A DNA stretch of 63,167 nt, the filler included, from Octopus bimaculoides (Eukaryota): NCBI RefSeq assembly GCF_001194135.2. It is 6 parts of 6 records of this genome, joined end to end, with 100 filler letters (N's around TTAATTAATTAA, not from the genome) between each part and the next. Parts side by side here need not be neighbours in the genome. Positions count along the whole stretch, not along the records: positions 1 to 11,258 come from NC_069000.1; positions 11,359 to 23,059 come from NC_068981.1; 4 more parts are not named here. One strand, given 5' to 3'. The translations under genes were made by a program, and so were the position numbers. The notes beneath the pieces are model-generated. The model was not told the DNA's origin, ran no database searches, and saw nothing but the letters and a program-made list of their open reading frames with translations. Positions 1 to 12,988 of the stretch are shown piece after piece (within the stretch, counting starts at the first letter, position 1; each line of letters opens with the position of its first letter).

Positions 1-36
<36 letters not shown>

Positions 37-39
<3 letters not shown>

Positions 40-1311
40 GATGCGGTGAATAAATTGTCTTCTTAATTGTGCAAAGATGAAAGTAACGCTGACATCTCAT
101 TTTTATAGATACATTTACGTAAATTACATAATAATATCTTGCAATACGAATGAGTAAATTTATTTAATAAAATCACCATTGGCCTGCAGATAACTTCAGA
201 ATCTCCTGCAACTCTTCGGGACAGTCTCCTTGTTTAAGTTGGTGAATGCTGCCATAATCATTGCCGTCAGTTCATCTTTGCTGTTACAAGGAGTTTTGTT
301 GCTCTCTCTCTCGCTCTACTGCGTCCCACACATAATAATCAAGAGGGCTGTAGTGTGGGGAGTTAAGTGCACAGATGTTAGGGGTGATGTGGTCGCAGAA
401 ATTGTATGACAGCCATGGCTGGGTTCTTCTACTTGTGTGGCATGGTGCAGAGAGCTGTTGCCAGACATTGGGTCTTCGAGCAGCCAGTCTATTGACTCAG
501 GACAGAACTAACTCCTCCAGGCACTTGATGTAGGACTCCGTGTTGAGTGTGAGGTCGTGTGAGAAGATGAATGGAGGCATAACGTCGCCATCACATGTGA
601 TGACTCCAAACACCATGAAGTTGATTGGATACTTTATTTTTATCACTCTCGGTACATGTTTTGGGGATACGGTAAGCCAACGGTTGTTCTCTGTGTTCAC
701 CATCTGATCCTGGTAGAAATTTCTCTCGTCTGAGAAAAACGAAAGCATATTCGGTTTCAGGGGATGCTTGAGTTTGTTCAAAAGGTTCGTAACGCTGTCT
801 TTCCTCAAATCCTTGATGGCTTGAGATAAAAATTGACCCTTTCTTATCATGTATGAAAAATACCGAATTTGCTGATGCAAAGAAACTCAGATACTCCCAT
901 CTCCCAGGCGATGAACTGATCGACTTGGAGAGATCTTTGTCAATCTTGGCCTGATCTCACCAACAAATTGAGGAGTTCTTTTCTTATCAGAACGATCAGA
1001 ATGAGTTTTTCGAAATGCTGTAGCTTCGTAATCACCGCCAGACTCATCCAACTATTTGTGAATCCTCTGCACTCTCCTCAGATCGACACTCTGAAATGTT
1101 CGTATTAGAGCTTCCAGCGCCAATGCCGAGTAGTATATAGCATGTCGTTTCCAAATTTCTGGCAGAGTGAATTGCATTATGGTGGTGTTTTTCGCACAAA
1201 CGTTGCACAACTGATCCTATTATATTGTGTAGTCGACAAAATCAAAAACAAACAGTGCGCATGCTGATGATTTAAAATATAAAATGGTGATTATTTACCC
1301 AACGCAACTTG
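37..1311 (-). mobile_element. Tc1/mariner DNA transposon, DD37D (maT-type), near full-length, decayed
   Basis: Minus-strand transposase runs from ATG at ~1177 (MQFTLPEIWKRHAILLG...) through FFSDE and VWQQ[L]SAPCH to NSPHYSPLDYYVW, ending ~170. There are 37 residues between the second catalytic position and the last D. Frameshifts are present. Imperfect TIRs (CAGGATGCGGTGAATAAAT / ATTATTTACCCAACGCAACTTG) lie in TA-rich flanks. Confidence 0.88.
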
Positions 1312-2139
1312 TGTATATGTGTATATATATATATGCATATATATGAACACACATGCTAACACACAGACATACTAGCAAGCGAAAATTACCCTTTCGTACA
1401 ATTACATATCTATCGATGTCTATATATTTTTACACACACACACATGGATATATACATATATACATAGATTTTTACGTCTAACTTCATTTGGAGGAGTTGT
1501 GTAAACGCCATAACCTGCAGCAATGGCCCTGAATAATCATCTCGCCTCCACATACTCATACTGTATGTATGTATTTATGTAGGTACGTACACACTATTTG
1601 GTAGCGAGTTTAATTTGTTCCGGTCGTGCATTTTGCAAGGCAACAACTTTGATGCGTTTCTTTCTTCTGAAGCAGTTTTCACCCCCACCCGCTACCTTGT
1701 TTGTCTTCACTTCTCTCTGACTTTCTTCCTTTTTTCCTCTCTGCCTCTCTCATTCTCTCTCACTGAATTTATACTGCCATTCTTTTTTATTTATTAGTGT
1801 TGTTTTTGAAAGAATCTCTGTTCTTAACGAAGTTAATATTGACCCTTTAGATTGAGGCAGCAACAAAATGGATTTCAGAATATTCGATGCTGTTGCTAAA
1901 CTTTCCGTTAAGTACTAAATTCCATTTTATTATCTCACATCGATTGTTCTCTCCGTGTATCATCATCACCAGAAACAGCAACTGCAACACTAATAGGATC
2001 TCTTTACATTTTAATTCAAAAACATGCCTGGATTGACATAGGCACTCATTCTTCTGTAGCTATCGAATACACCACACCGACAATTAAGACCGTTTCTTAT
2101 CTTGTAATGCGCTAGTTGACAAAACCACTATCATCATCG

Positions 2140-2193
<54 letters not shown>

Positions 2194-2504
2194 TCATCCT
2201 CGTGGCTCTATGTTTTCTAGCAAATCCAAGTCAGTGTCAGCCACAAAAACTGCTATTTCACAGCACATATGAATCATTTATGAGTATATATAATAAGCAC
2301 TAGTTAAGCACCGGATTCGTCGTAAACGTCTTACCAGACATCTCCAAAAATTGCTGGCCTCGTCTCAAATTTTGAAACCATTACTATTGTTAGTGCCAGA
2401 AGAGGTAAAAGGTTGGCTAAAACAAAATTCAGTAAAGCTGAATGATTTCACGGGAATAAAATATAGTAGAAGTGGCTAGAAATGAGATGATGGTGAACAT
2501 CGTC

Positions 2505-2642
2505 ACAATCTCCCCGAGAACTACGTAAAGGGTACACGTGTCTGTGGCGTGCTCAGCCACTTGCATGATAATTTCACGACCACACTTTTCCGTTGATCGG
2601 ATCAACTGGAATCCTCGTCATCGTAACCGACGGAATGCCACT
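2505..2642 (+). mobile_element. Isolated family B/B2 3' tail
   Basis: ATCTCCCCGAGAACTACGTAAAGGGTACACGTG...GACGGAATGCCA closely matches ~36875-37008. Confidence 0.8.
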
Positions 2643-2663
2643 GATATTATAGTCTTTCATTCA

Positions 2664-2880
2664 AGGTGGCGAGCTGGCAGAGACGTTAGCACACCGGGCG
2701 AAATGCTTAGTGGTATTTTGTCTGTCTTTACGTTGTGAGTTCAAATTCCGCCGAGGTCCACTTTGCATTCCTTCCTTTCGGGGTCGTTAAATTAAGTACC
2801 ATTTGCGTATTGGAGTTGATCTAATCGACTGGCTCCTCCCCAATATTTTGGAGCCATGTGCCTAGAGTAGAAAAGATTAT
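2664..2880 (+). mobile_element. SINE family A copy (GGCGGCGAGCTGGCAGA head, GCCTTTCATCCTTTCGGGGTCGATAAA core)
   Basis: High similarity by eye to copies at 5383, 17741, 40441, 49921, 50165 and 50906; tRNA-like A-box/B-box (GAGTTCAAATTCC). Confidence 0.85.
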
Positions 2881-3002
2881 GCTACCTTATTATTAGACAT
2901 ATTCTGATCTAAGTTGGTAGAATTTATTCTATTGTTTTTTTTTTCTGCTATAGAACATCAAATCACGTTAAAAAACAAAAATAAAAACACCAGCTAACAA
3001 CC

Positions 3003-3040
3003 GAGGTCATTTGAGGTCAATTGGAGTCACTTGAGGTCAT
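3003..3040 (+). promoter_or_regulatory. 10-bp-periodic AGGTCA array (DR4-like nuclear receptor element)
   Basis: AGGTCA at 3004, 3014 and 3034, and GAGTCA at 3024; 4-nt spacers. Confidence 0.3.
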
Positions 3041-4129
3041 TGAGCTTCTTAATGTATGTCTTTTTTTCTCCACTCCCTATACATGTCGCACATTTCCCAT
3101 TACCTCAGCATAGCCTCCACCATCATTAAATACATTAAACCACAACCACACTCAGCATGGTTACCAATATTTGGCCAACCTTAGGCCAATTAATTTTCTC
3201 TCATCTCCATGTAATTACATTTTTCTAAAATATAGTGTACAAACGTGAGCGCGCGCACACAAACATATCAAATAATATTCACAAAAAATAGGAAAGATTA
3301 AATTTTGATGATATAAAAAAAAATTGTAGCAAAATATAAGCAATTTATATATTTAAATGCAGAAGGACTTCTAAATCACTATATATATTGTCATAACTTT
3401 TCCGATAACATTTTAAACATATTCGTGCCATACAAGTATCGATTTTATTCTCATATATTGCAACTTGAATTTTGATTCAAATATAAAACTCGGTAAGATT
3501 TCAGATATTGAATTTTGTTTAAAACGCAACTCAAAATGATTTCATACACAGCAAACCATATTTTTATTTGTTTTAACAAATCTCTGGTGCATTGCACAGT
3601 TCCAGAGTTTTCCATTTATGCAATTCTTTCGTTTGAAGTCAGCTATTTTATCTATCTTTTGCAGTTCTATGACAGAAGTGCTCTTATTCTTCTCTCTTCG
3701 GAATAGCTATGGACATTTTTGATGGAATGTATTCATTTATTATAAATTCTCTATTAAGCGGCGTGTAAAAAATAATATGGTAGACGCCTCCACATCAACC
3801 ACTGCCACCGACTAATTTTGTTGTGTTTGAAAACTCTCTTTACAAGTATAAACCCATCTCTAGTCCTTGCATATGGTTACTGCTGATGGAAAATTTAAGC
3901 AACGATTAGTGATGGAGTATCTATGCGGTCACCAGATATTGTAAATATAACGTCTAAATATTTTCAAGCATTCGATGAAGGAAGTTCTAATAACAGTGAG
4001 AGCAATAGAATGAAACCTTTGCGGTCCCTCATATTTCTGGTCTGGCCTCTATCTTAGAAAAAAATTAATATTTGGACAGAAGCGTCATAAATATTATACA
4101 AAAACTTTAGTAGCAAACATTTGCGTTCT

Positions 4130-4260
4130 TGTTTCAAATCTGACCGCGGTGGCTTTTACCGTTCTTCATTTCGAAATAAATGAAATAAAGTAGCAGTCAT
4201 GTCGTGAGATCGATTTAGTCGCCTGTTCTCCACTCCTGATATTTCTGGTTTTGTACCATC
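4130..4260 (+). mobile_element. Degenerate SINE family A fragment
   Basis: TCAAATCTGACCGCGGTGGCTTTTACC...GAAATAAAGTAGCAGTC...GATCGATTTAGTCG aligns loosely to the family A body. Confidence 0.45.
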
Positions 4261-5382
4261 AGGAGGTTAGGATTGAGTGTTTTCTCTGGTGTTACTTTAA
4301 TGTTTCGTCTTTGTGTTCTATCATCGGCTGTCTTATATTATCGTATGGTAGCTGTATCATTAAATTGCTACTACAGGTCGAGACCGTTTAGCTTCTTCTA
4401 CAAGTTTATATATATATATATTTATATATATATATATTTATATATATAAAAGATAAAGACGAGTGAAAAAACTACAGAAGGCTTGTGTTACATGGTTAAA
4501 GTATATATTTAAATTGTTATGTCAGGAACATTTTATAAAATTGTATAACATTTCTCTGAAATAACAATTTAAATATATACTTTAACCATGNNNNNNNNNN
4601 NNNNNNNNNNNNNNNNNNNNNNNNNNNNNNNNNNNNNNNNNNNNNNNNNNNNNNNNNNNNNNNNNNNNNNNNNNNNNNNNNNNNNNNNNNNNNNNNNNNN
4701 NNNNNNNNNNNNNNNNNNNNNNNNNNNNNNNNNNNNNNNNNNNNNNNNNNNNNNNNNNNNNNNNNNNNNNNNNNNNNNNNNNNNNNNNNNNNNNNNNNNN
4801 NNNNNNNNNNNNNNNNNNNNNNNNNNNNNNNNNNNNNNNNNNNNNNNNNNNNNNNNNNNNNNNNNNNNNNNNNNNNNNNNNNNNNNNNNNNNNNNNNNNN
4901 NNNNNNNNNNNNNNNNNNNNNNNNNNNNNNNNNNNNNNNNNNNNNNNNNNNNNNNNNNNNNNNNNNNNNNNNNNNNNNNNNNNNNNNNNNNNNNNNNNNN
5001 NNNNNNNNNNNNNNNNNNNNNNNNNNNNNNNNNNNNNNNNNNNNNNNNNNNNNNNNNNNNNNNNNNNNNNNNNNNNNNNNNNNNNNNNNNNNNNNNNNNN
5101 NNNNNNNNNNNNNNNNNNNNNNNNNNNNNNNNNNNNNNNNNNNNNNNNNNNNNNNNNNNNNNNNNNNNNNNNNNNNNNNNNNNNNNNNNNNNNNNNNNNN
5201 NNNNNNNNNNNNNNNNNNNNNNNNNTACAACCTTTGAGGGTTAATAACATAAAGATGAAGGGTCGATGGTTTCCACTAAGCCACATCCATAAATAATTAC
5301 CGGCGTTGTGCCTAATTTGCAAACAATCACTTTTATTATAACTGTTACTGGTGCTGCTGTTCCTCATTATATTATCTATCTA

Positions 5383-5588
5383 AGTCGACGAGCTGACAAA
5401 AACATTAGCACGCCGGGCGAAATGCTTAGCGGTATTTCGTTCTGAGTTCAAGTTCCGCCGAGGTCGACTTTACGTTTCATCCTTTCGGGGTCGATAAATT
5501 AAGTACCAGTTGCGTACTGGGATCGTTCTAATCGACTTGCCCCTCCCCTAAAATTTAGAGGCCTTGTGCTCAGAGTAGGAAGGATTAT
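5383..5588 (+). mobile_element. SINE family A copy
   Basis: Colinear with 50165-50380, with a small internal deletion. Confidence 0.85.
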
Positions 5589-5628
5589 ATCTATCTATCT
5601 ATCTATCTATCCATATATATATATATCC

Positions 5629-5684
<56 letters not shown>

Positions 5685-6096
5685 GTGTGTGTGTGTGTGT
5701 GTATGTATAGGTGTTTGTACTTGTGTTTGTGTGTGGGTGTTTGGTGCGTGTGCGTGTGTAATCCTCCAGTAAATTTCAAAGTTTAATTCGCTCTAAATTA
5801 CGGTTTATCGNNNNNNNNNNNNNNNNNNNNNNNNNNNNNNNNNNNNNNNNNNNNNNNNNNNNNNNNNNNNNNNNNNNNNNNNNNNNNNNNNNNNNNNNNN
5901 NNNNNNNNNNNNNNNNNNNNNNNNNNNNNNNNNNNNNNNNNNNNNNNNNNNNNNNNNNNNNNNNNNNNNNNNNNNNNNNNNNNNNNNNNNNNNNNNNNNN
6001 NNNNNNNNNNNNNNNNNNNNNNNNNNNNNNNNNNNNNNNNNNNNNNNNNNNNNNNNNNNNNNNNNNNNNNNNNNNNNNNNNNNNNNNNNNNNNNNN

Positions 6097-6127
<31 letters not shown>

Positions 6128-6618
6128 TATATATATATATACATACACATACACACTTATATAAATATAAATATATATGTAAATACACACACATGTATAT
6201 ATACGTGTATATATACATGTATATATATGTGTGTATTCGCATACATGTATATATATACATATATGTTTTGTATATATGTATGTATGCACACGCACACAAA
6301 CATATGATATATGCATGCGAACATATATTTCTTCTTTGTGGTGTTGTTATAGGAAAATACAGCGGTGTAGCTCCTATTAAACCCAATCAAACGAATATAC
6401 ACATTATCCATAAGCCCCAAAATACACGTAACAATAATACCAAAAACAACAACAGATTCATCTTATAGAGTCATCTATTAAATTTTCTGAAACAGCTCCT
6501 TGGATTATAGAGGTGTTAATCAAATGTATAAAAATACTTAATCGACTACCACCGATTTCAATTAATCTGTGGAGGCAAACACTCAGTACCGATTAAGAAT
6601 CATTCATGTATTTGCGTA

Positions 6619-6670
<52 letters not shown>

Positions 6671-6678
6671 TCTCACAC

Positions 6679-6720
<42 letters not shown>

Positions 6721-7049
6721 CCTCCCTCTCTCTCTCCCTCTCTCTCTGTATGTATAAGACTGTAGGAAAAAGAAAAATAGTTCCTGTACATGTGTATTAA
6801 ATTGAGGGAGAGGGAGAGTGTTTGTGATAGAGTGCATATAGATGTATGTGCTTCGTAGTATGTAGCGAGTGATAAAAGGAATGAAACCGAGAGAGAAAGG
6901 GAGGATGTGTATATACATGTGAGTTTTGATATGCGCTTATGTATCAATTTATGTGCGTATCTGCGCCTGAAAATGTTACTCTCTCAAGTACAAAATACAA
7001 TTTCCAAAGTTCAAGATTCATTAACGTTAAATTGCTATCCTATTATCAC

Positions 7050-7520
7050 TATAATTAGAAAACTTCCAAATGTCTTGGAGTGCAATAGAGTGGGGTAATG
7101 GTTTTGGCTCCTCTGAGATTAACTCTCTGGGCGTAGTAATAATAGCTACCGACCCTGGAACAATTAATGTATCCTTATACACTATCCAGACATTTCCGAG
7201 TTGTGGGTTAATACTTAACTGCTCCTCTCACGTACGGAATGCATCCGGATATCACACTTGTCTACCGCCATGATCAGCACGCCGCTCTTTCGTTAAAAGT
7301 TAAGGATTGTCTTCCATTGTCACGTGTTGAAAGTTGTGTGGTGGACACAACAGAGAAAAATGAGATTTTTCTTTCAGCAGTAATATTAGTGTATAGATGT
7401 GAGTTCTTGAATGATACGATCGTATGTTGACAGCAAGAAACAGGAGAAAAAACTTGTCTTCGATGTATCGGTGTAATTTCAAATGTGTATTGGTACCCCA
7501 ATGTAGCCAATGTGACTGAA
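7050..7520 (-). mobile_element. Penelope-like element reverse transcriptase remnant
   Basis: Minus frames give LHRYIEDKFF (decayed RY(I/V)DD.F), then KNSHLYTNITAERKISFFSV...TRDNG (cf. NS.H..I.FT.E.E...ISFLDV). Many stops. Confidence 0.5.
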
Positions 7521-7756
7521 CTCTATGGTGATTTATTTTCTAATTTGGTGGCTTGCTTTAAAAAGGAGCTATAGGAGAACCCGTCTTTTATACGAGGCAT
7601 CAGAAACATAAACCTTCGTATGATAACGATTGATTAGTGAAATACATTGGCAAGTTCATTAAAATTTGCGCTATTTACATTAAAGGAGTTATTGCCGGAA
7701 TCGCCTTATCCCGTTTATGGCCCTGTGCAGCATTTAATTAGCCTAGTTATAGACCT

Positions 7757-7852
<96 letters not shown>

Positions 7853-8329
7853 CGCGAAAAAAAGCTATCAGTCGTTATAAATGTTCCATACAAATTATAA
7901 AACATTTCCTCTATTACAAGGGAAAATACCCAGCTGGTAAATCTATTATATATTGTTCTAGAATTCAATGAGTTTATAAAAATGAGTATAGCTATAGCAA
8001 TATATTTCAGTGCTGCCGTATGAAGAGAAAAAAATGACTAAAACCGAGGACATATCAAGAGATGCAGATATGGCTGCCATAAAATTGGACTAGAACTACA
8101 CAGAAATATGACAAGGAAATGTAGAATAATAGAAAAGTTTGAAAGTGTTAGTCTAGTAAGGGAACAAAAACATAATTTAGTACTAGTATAACTACAATGT
8201 AATCGACTTTAAGTAATCTGAATTAAAAAGCAGTATATCTATGCTTCTACGTAAAACAATTTTTCACAGCTCAATATATTGACACTTCGGTGTGAACCTG
8301 AGAAATTTTGTGCGCTTCTACTAAACGTG

Positions 8330-8700
8330 AAAATAATGCGACAGCATTCAACAAGAACATTACCATCCTGACTAACAAGTAAACCAAGATGAACCATCCA
8401 GCTATAATTATGAAGGACGAGAGCAAGTATTTGTGCTCTCTGACATCGCGAGTTCTCCTGAACAGAATATCGCCGGAAAGGTAGTTGACAATTATCAAAT
8501 TACAAGAATCTTTCACCTGAATTATAGAAGATGTTGGATATGCAAGTGAAAAAAAGTACCTATAATAACTGGAGTGCCAGGTATTATAAAGAAAAATATT
8601 AATGCAAAAGAAAAAAACTATACCAGGTTTGACAAGTCTAAATACATTCCAAAACACAAGACTGCCAAGCACTGCACTTTTATAGCAGAGTCCAAAAAAA
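8330..8700 (+). mobile_element. Highly decayed RLE-type non-LTR retrotransposon C-terminal fragment (different family)
   Basis: Frameshifted pieces NHPAIIMKD, LSDIASSPEQNIAGK, KKVPIITGVPGIIKK and PGLTSL resemble the RPDI..D / DIA.P.E.NI..K / VPI.IGALG.IKK motifs of RLE domains. Confidence 0.55.
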
Positions 8701-9769
8701 TATACACTGCCTGGCACATGGCAACGCATACCAGTCGAATATAGTCATTACTCAATAAGATAACATTCCTGAAACACCATATATTCTCAGTGTAACAACC
8801 TAATAAAATAAAGCAACACATATTGTATATATAATCGATACCCAACATTATAACAACACAACACGCTACACGACCAGCAACCGGTACGGAAGCACTTTAT
8901 ACAACTCACACAACAACGTGTAAGAATACATTAAGTTGTGTAAGTATTACACAAGCCAGAACGTAGTGAGTGGTATCGTGGTAATTTTTTTTCTTTCTCC
9001 CAACTCCTTTTCGAACAGACGACTGGAAGGTGCTATTTTGCTCGTCGACAACGTCTGATTCGGAGGTGAAGCAATTGACTTCTTGTAGATTACACTGGAC
9101 ACTCAGACTTGCGGAGATTTATTATATGAGATCTAATGTAGTTGTATAAGAATTTTATATCTCTTCTGTTCTGCAGATATTTTCAATTCTGCAGATATTT
9201 TCAATTAAACTAAGTCGTCACCAAATGCAGAAGTGATTAAAGAAAACTCATTTGTTATTTCTCAGTCCTTATAGTCACTGTGTATTACAGCTCAGAGTTT
9301 ACGTACGCCTAATAACGTTATTGTAACAGCTGGTATACTTCATTGTTTGCATATATGTACTGTGATGGAATAATTTTGTTAGGTTGGTGTTGTAACTGTA
9401 TTTTGAAGTGTTCTAATAATCTTCTGTATGAGTGAGTGAAAAGAAAATTTGTCTTGGGATACTTTTGTAGCATTGCTTGTATTGTTTTATAGATGTTTTC
9501 TGTAGCGTTTTAGAATTATCTGAGAGTAAAGAATTTTGAAGACTGAAGTTAATTGCGTTAACCAGAAGGATGTATATTTTGCACAGTCTTACATATATTT
9601 CATCATACTTTACCACCACCAAACCACCACCGCCGCCGCCGCCACAGATCCCCACACAACTACCATTCACATGAACTGAAGCAATCTATATAAAGTGATC
9701 TCTTCTAAAACAATGATATGTAGTGGCAGATTTCAAAGAACGGCTTTATGAACAGTTATCACAAAACCC

Positions 9770-9802
<33 letters not shown>

Positions 9803-9804
9803 GG

Positions 9805-9839
<35 letters not shown>

Positions 9840-11190
9840 TCGTATGCAACGTATGTATATGTTTGTGAATATAAAATAATATATGTGCTTGTGTGTCCCT
9901 TTCACTCCACACAGCATATTATACTTCCATGAGTTCAACCCAAGCGATGCAGATATTTGTTATATGGTGTGTTAGATTTCTCATAATAGACCTTATCAAC
10001 CAATAAAGTGTATATTAATGGCGTCTTCATAATTTTCCCATTATAATACAAAACGTTTATTATTTTTGTGAATAATTACAAGTTGATGTCGATAAGATAC
10101 GTTTTGCGATTTACTGAGAAATTTCAATGTTAATTTCGATTAACAGACCAATTTACGAGGATCCTCCCTTTTATACCGGTTAGTAATCTTTCTTAAACCT
10201 AATACAGTATTTCGTTATAGTTTGTCATGCTTTTGATTGCAGAATCGGTGGAACGAACTTTGGACTAAATCCTTCCTAGGATTTACTAATATTTTAAATA
10301 CCGCCGCTGATGAATTCACCCAGAATCGATCAAATTATTTACCAATGAACACGATGTACTGATTTATTCAACTACAACGTCTCTCGTTCCACAAACCTCT
10401 GAGCTGGTTAGGAATATTAGAAACGATCGCAATTATAATAAAAAAGCAGCCGATAACAAAACCTGTAGACTGTCTCCTATCGAAATGCATAACTTTATGT
10501 TCTCAGTTCAATTTCACTATCATAGCTATAGTGCTGATCTGCAGAAGGCTCCTTTTCTGTGACTGCTAAGAACCACCGTGGACAAGTGAAGGTTACGTGG
10601 TCGTAACAACAGCAACGGCAACACTAGTCAAGTTGATAGCAACAGCAACGACGTGGCAACAGCAGAAAAATCAAGAACAATGACAATATTGAGTGCTAAA
10701 GAAAATTAAAAAAACGAGCGAAAAGTATAGTAACAATAGACAGAAACAACAATAACAATGATATAGGGAGACAAAGAAAATCATTAGCAACGGCATAAAA
10801 GCAACAACAACAACAACAACAACAAAGACGACAACGACCTTGGCTAAATCTTTGACTGATCAATAGGTGACGTCGGTTAGAGAATGTTTTACACTAATTG
10901 CTTTCGAAAGTCGAATCTTTTGTGCTGAACAGGGAGAGTGCCTTCGAATACAGGGTCTTTGATTGAAAAGCGGTATCAATTTACGGTGTTTTTAAACTGT
11001 AGTAGTGGTGGCGGTGGTGGTGGTGGAAATATTAGTAGTAGTTGGTGTTGTGTTGGTACCTGCTGCAGTAGCAATAAGATGGTGACGATTGCATGAGGTG
11101 GAGAAAAGGAAAAGGTCACAGAGACCTAGGTGTGCCATTAGATGCAGTAAATGCATTGCCAGAACTAGTACAACTGCTGCCACCACCACC

Positions 11191-11240
<50 letters not shown>

Positions 11241-11258
11241 GACGACGACGACGACGAC

Positions 11259-11358
11259 NNNNNNNNNNNNNNNNNNNNNNNNNNNNNNNNNNNNNNNNNN
11301 NNTTAATTAATTAANNNNNNNNNNNNNNNNNNNNNNNNNNNNNNNNNNNNNNNNNNNN
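11259..11358. other. Artificial 100-bp scaffold gap linker N44-TTAATTAATTAA-N44 (also 23060-23159, 33870-33969, 55149-55248, 61981-62080)
   Basis: Identical geometry occurs five times; the 12-mer has stop codons in all six frames. Confidence 0.95.
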
Positions 11359-11369
11359 TCTTCCGATCT
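11359..11369 (+). other. Illumina adapter remnant
   Basis: TCTTCCGATCT at the first bases of a contig matches the end of the Illumina adapter GCTCTTCCGATCT. Confidence 0.75.
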
Positions 11370-11796
11370 AATTATGTCGAATGAAGGGGAGAAGGGTATA
11401 CCTTGTTGCAGGTAGGATTGAGGTTACCTAGCAAGACAAATGAGGAGGTAAAATGATGAAGGAAATAGAAGGAATCGGATGAAAATGAGGTATTAAACAT
11501 AGGTGTTTAGGTGTTTCTATGCGTGAGCAAGCATCTATGCGTGTGTGCTATTGTCAATGTATATATGTATGTAATACAAATAATAAATGAGTATATGCAT
11601 ATATACGTACGTGTATGTACATCTATCTATCTGTGTGCGTATGTATAGAAAGGGAGGGGAGAGAAAGAGAGAGAGAGGGAGAGGAAGAGAGGGAGAGAGA
11701 AAGAGAAGAGACATTAAATATACACAGGTAGGTGGATTGATGGATACACAGACAGATAGCTAACTAGATGGATAGATAGTTAGATAGAGATAGACT

Positions 11797-11853
<57 letters not shown>

Positions 11854-12360
11854 TTCAATGTGTGAATACGAAAGGCAGGCTGATAAAATAGATGCCTAGA
11901 TGAACAGAGATCTTCAACCCTGAAACAAATAGATAGGCACATAAACAGACAGGTAGACATATATATATATATATACATATATATAACACAAAGAATATAT
12001 ATGCATGTATACACACATATATATACATACTTACATCTACATGTGTATATATATGCATATCAGGGTACAGGACGTTAGAACAATGAACTACAGACCACGG
12101 AACGAACTCATAGGAAAACAGATAGCCACTTGGAATTAATCTTCGTCAGCTGCCTCTATTCTAACTAGACGTTTCGAATATATATATATATATATATGAG
12201 GTTTTCTTCACGCTAGCTACTTGATGAATTCTTGTAAAAGAATTCATCCTATTATTGAATTTATATATATANNNNNNNNNNNNNNNNNNNNNNNNNNNNN
12301 NNNNNNNNNNNNNNNNNNNNNNNNNNNNNNNNNNNNNNNNNNNNNNNNNNNNNNNNNNNN

Positions 12361-12417
<57 letters not shown>

Positions 12418-12459
12418 GTGATGAATTCTTATCGACCTGCTAAATTAACTACTCTTAAA

Positions 12460-12650
12460 ACTGATATGTACGTGGCTGAGTATTATCTTAACGTAATTCT
12501 CAGAATTAGCGTGACACATCTTAGGAGAAGGCTGAGCGTTGGAATCAGAGATACAGGTCGTCCGACGGATTTCCACTTAAATTCACTCACAAGGTTCGGC
12601 GCGCACTGATGCTCTTACATAAGCCATTTGCCCAAGATACCATGCAGTGG
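12460..12650 (-). mobile_element. Degenerate family B tail (12460-12560) followed by a family C fragment (12565-12650)
   Basis: CGTGGCTGAGTA...CTTAACGTAATTCTCAG...GCGTGACACA, then TTCACTCACAAGG...TTTGCCCAAGATACCATGCAGTGG. Confidence 0.55.
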
Positions 12651-12735
12651 TATGTGTGTATGTATGTATGTATGTATGTATGTATGTATGTATGTATGCA
12701 TGTATGTATGTATATATGCATGTATGTATGTATGC

Positions 12736-12787
<52 letters not shown>

Positions 12788-12796
12788 GTATGTTTG

Positions 12797-12830
<34 letters not shown>

Positions 12831-12890
12831 ACTCTCTCTTTATATATATATGTGTATGCGCGCGCGTGCATACACACAGACACGCGCACG

Positions 12891-12974
<84 letters not shown>

Positions 12975-12988
12975 CTACTTTAAAAAAT

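Noticed and set aside
10298-10345. Hammerhead-like CTGATGA-ATTC-ACCCA-GAAT-CGAT
   Set aside because: The GAAA core is absent and no stem I or III partner exists; at most a dead relic.
11089-11258. Cys-plus-Thr-rich mucin-like ORF (CAIRCSKC...TTTT)
   Set aside because: The Thr run is a CAC/TAC/GAC microsatellite ending in a gap; no splice or homology support.
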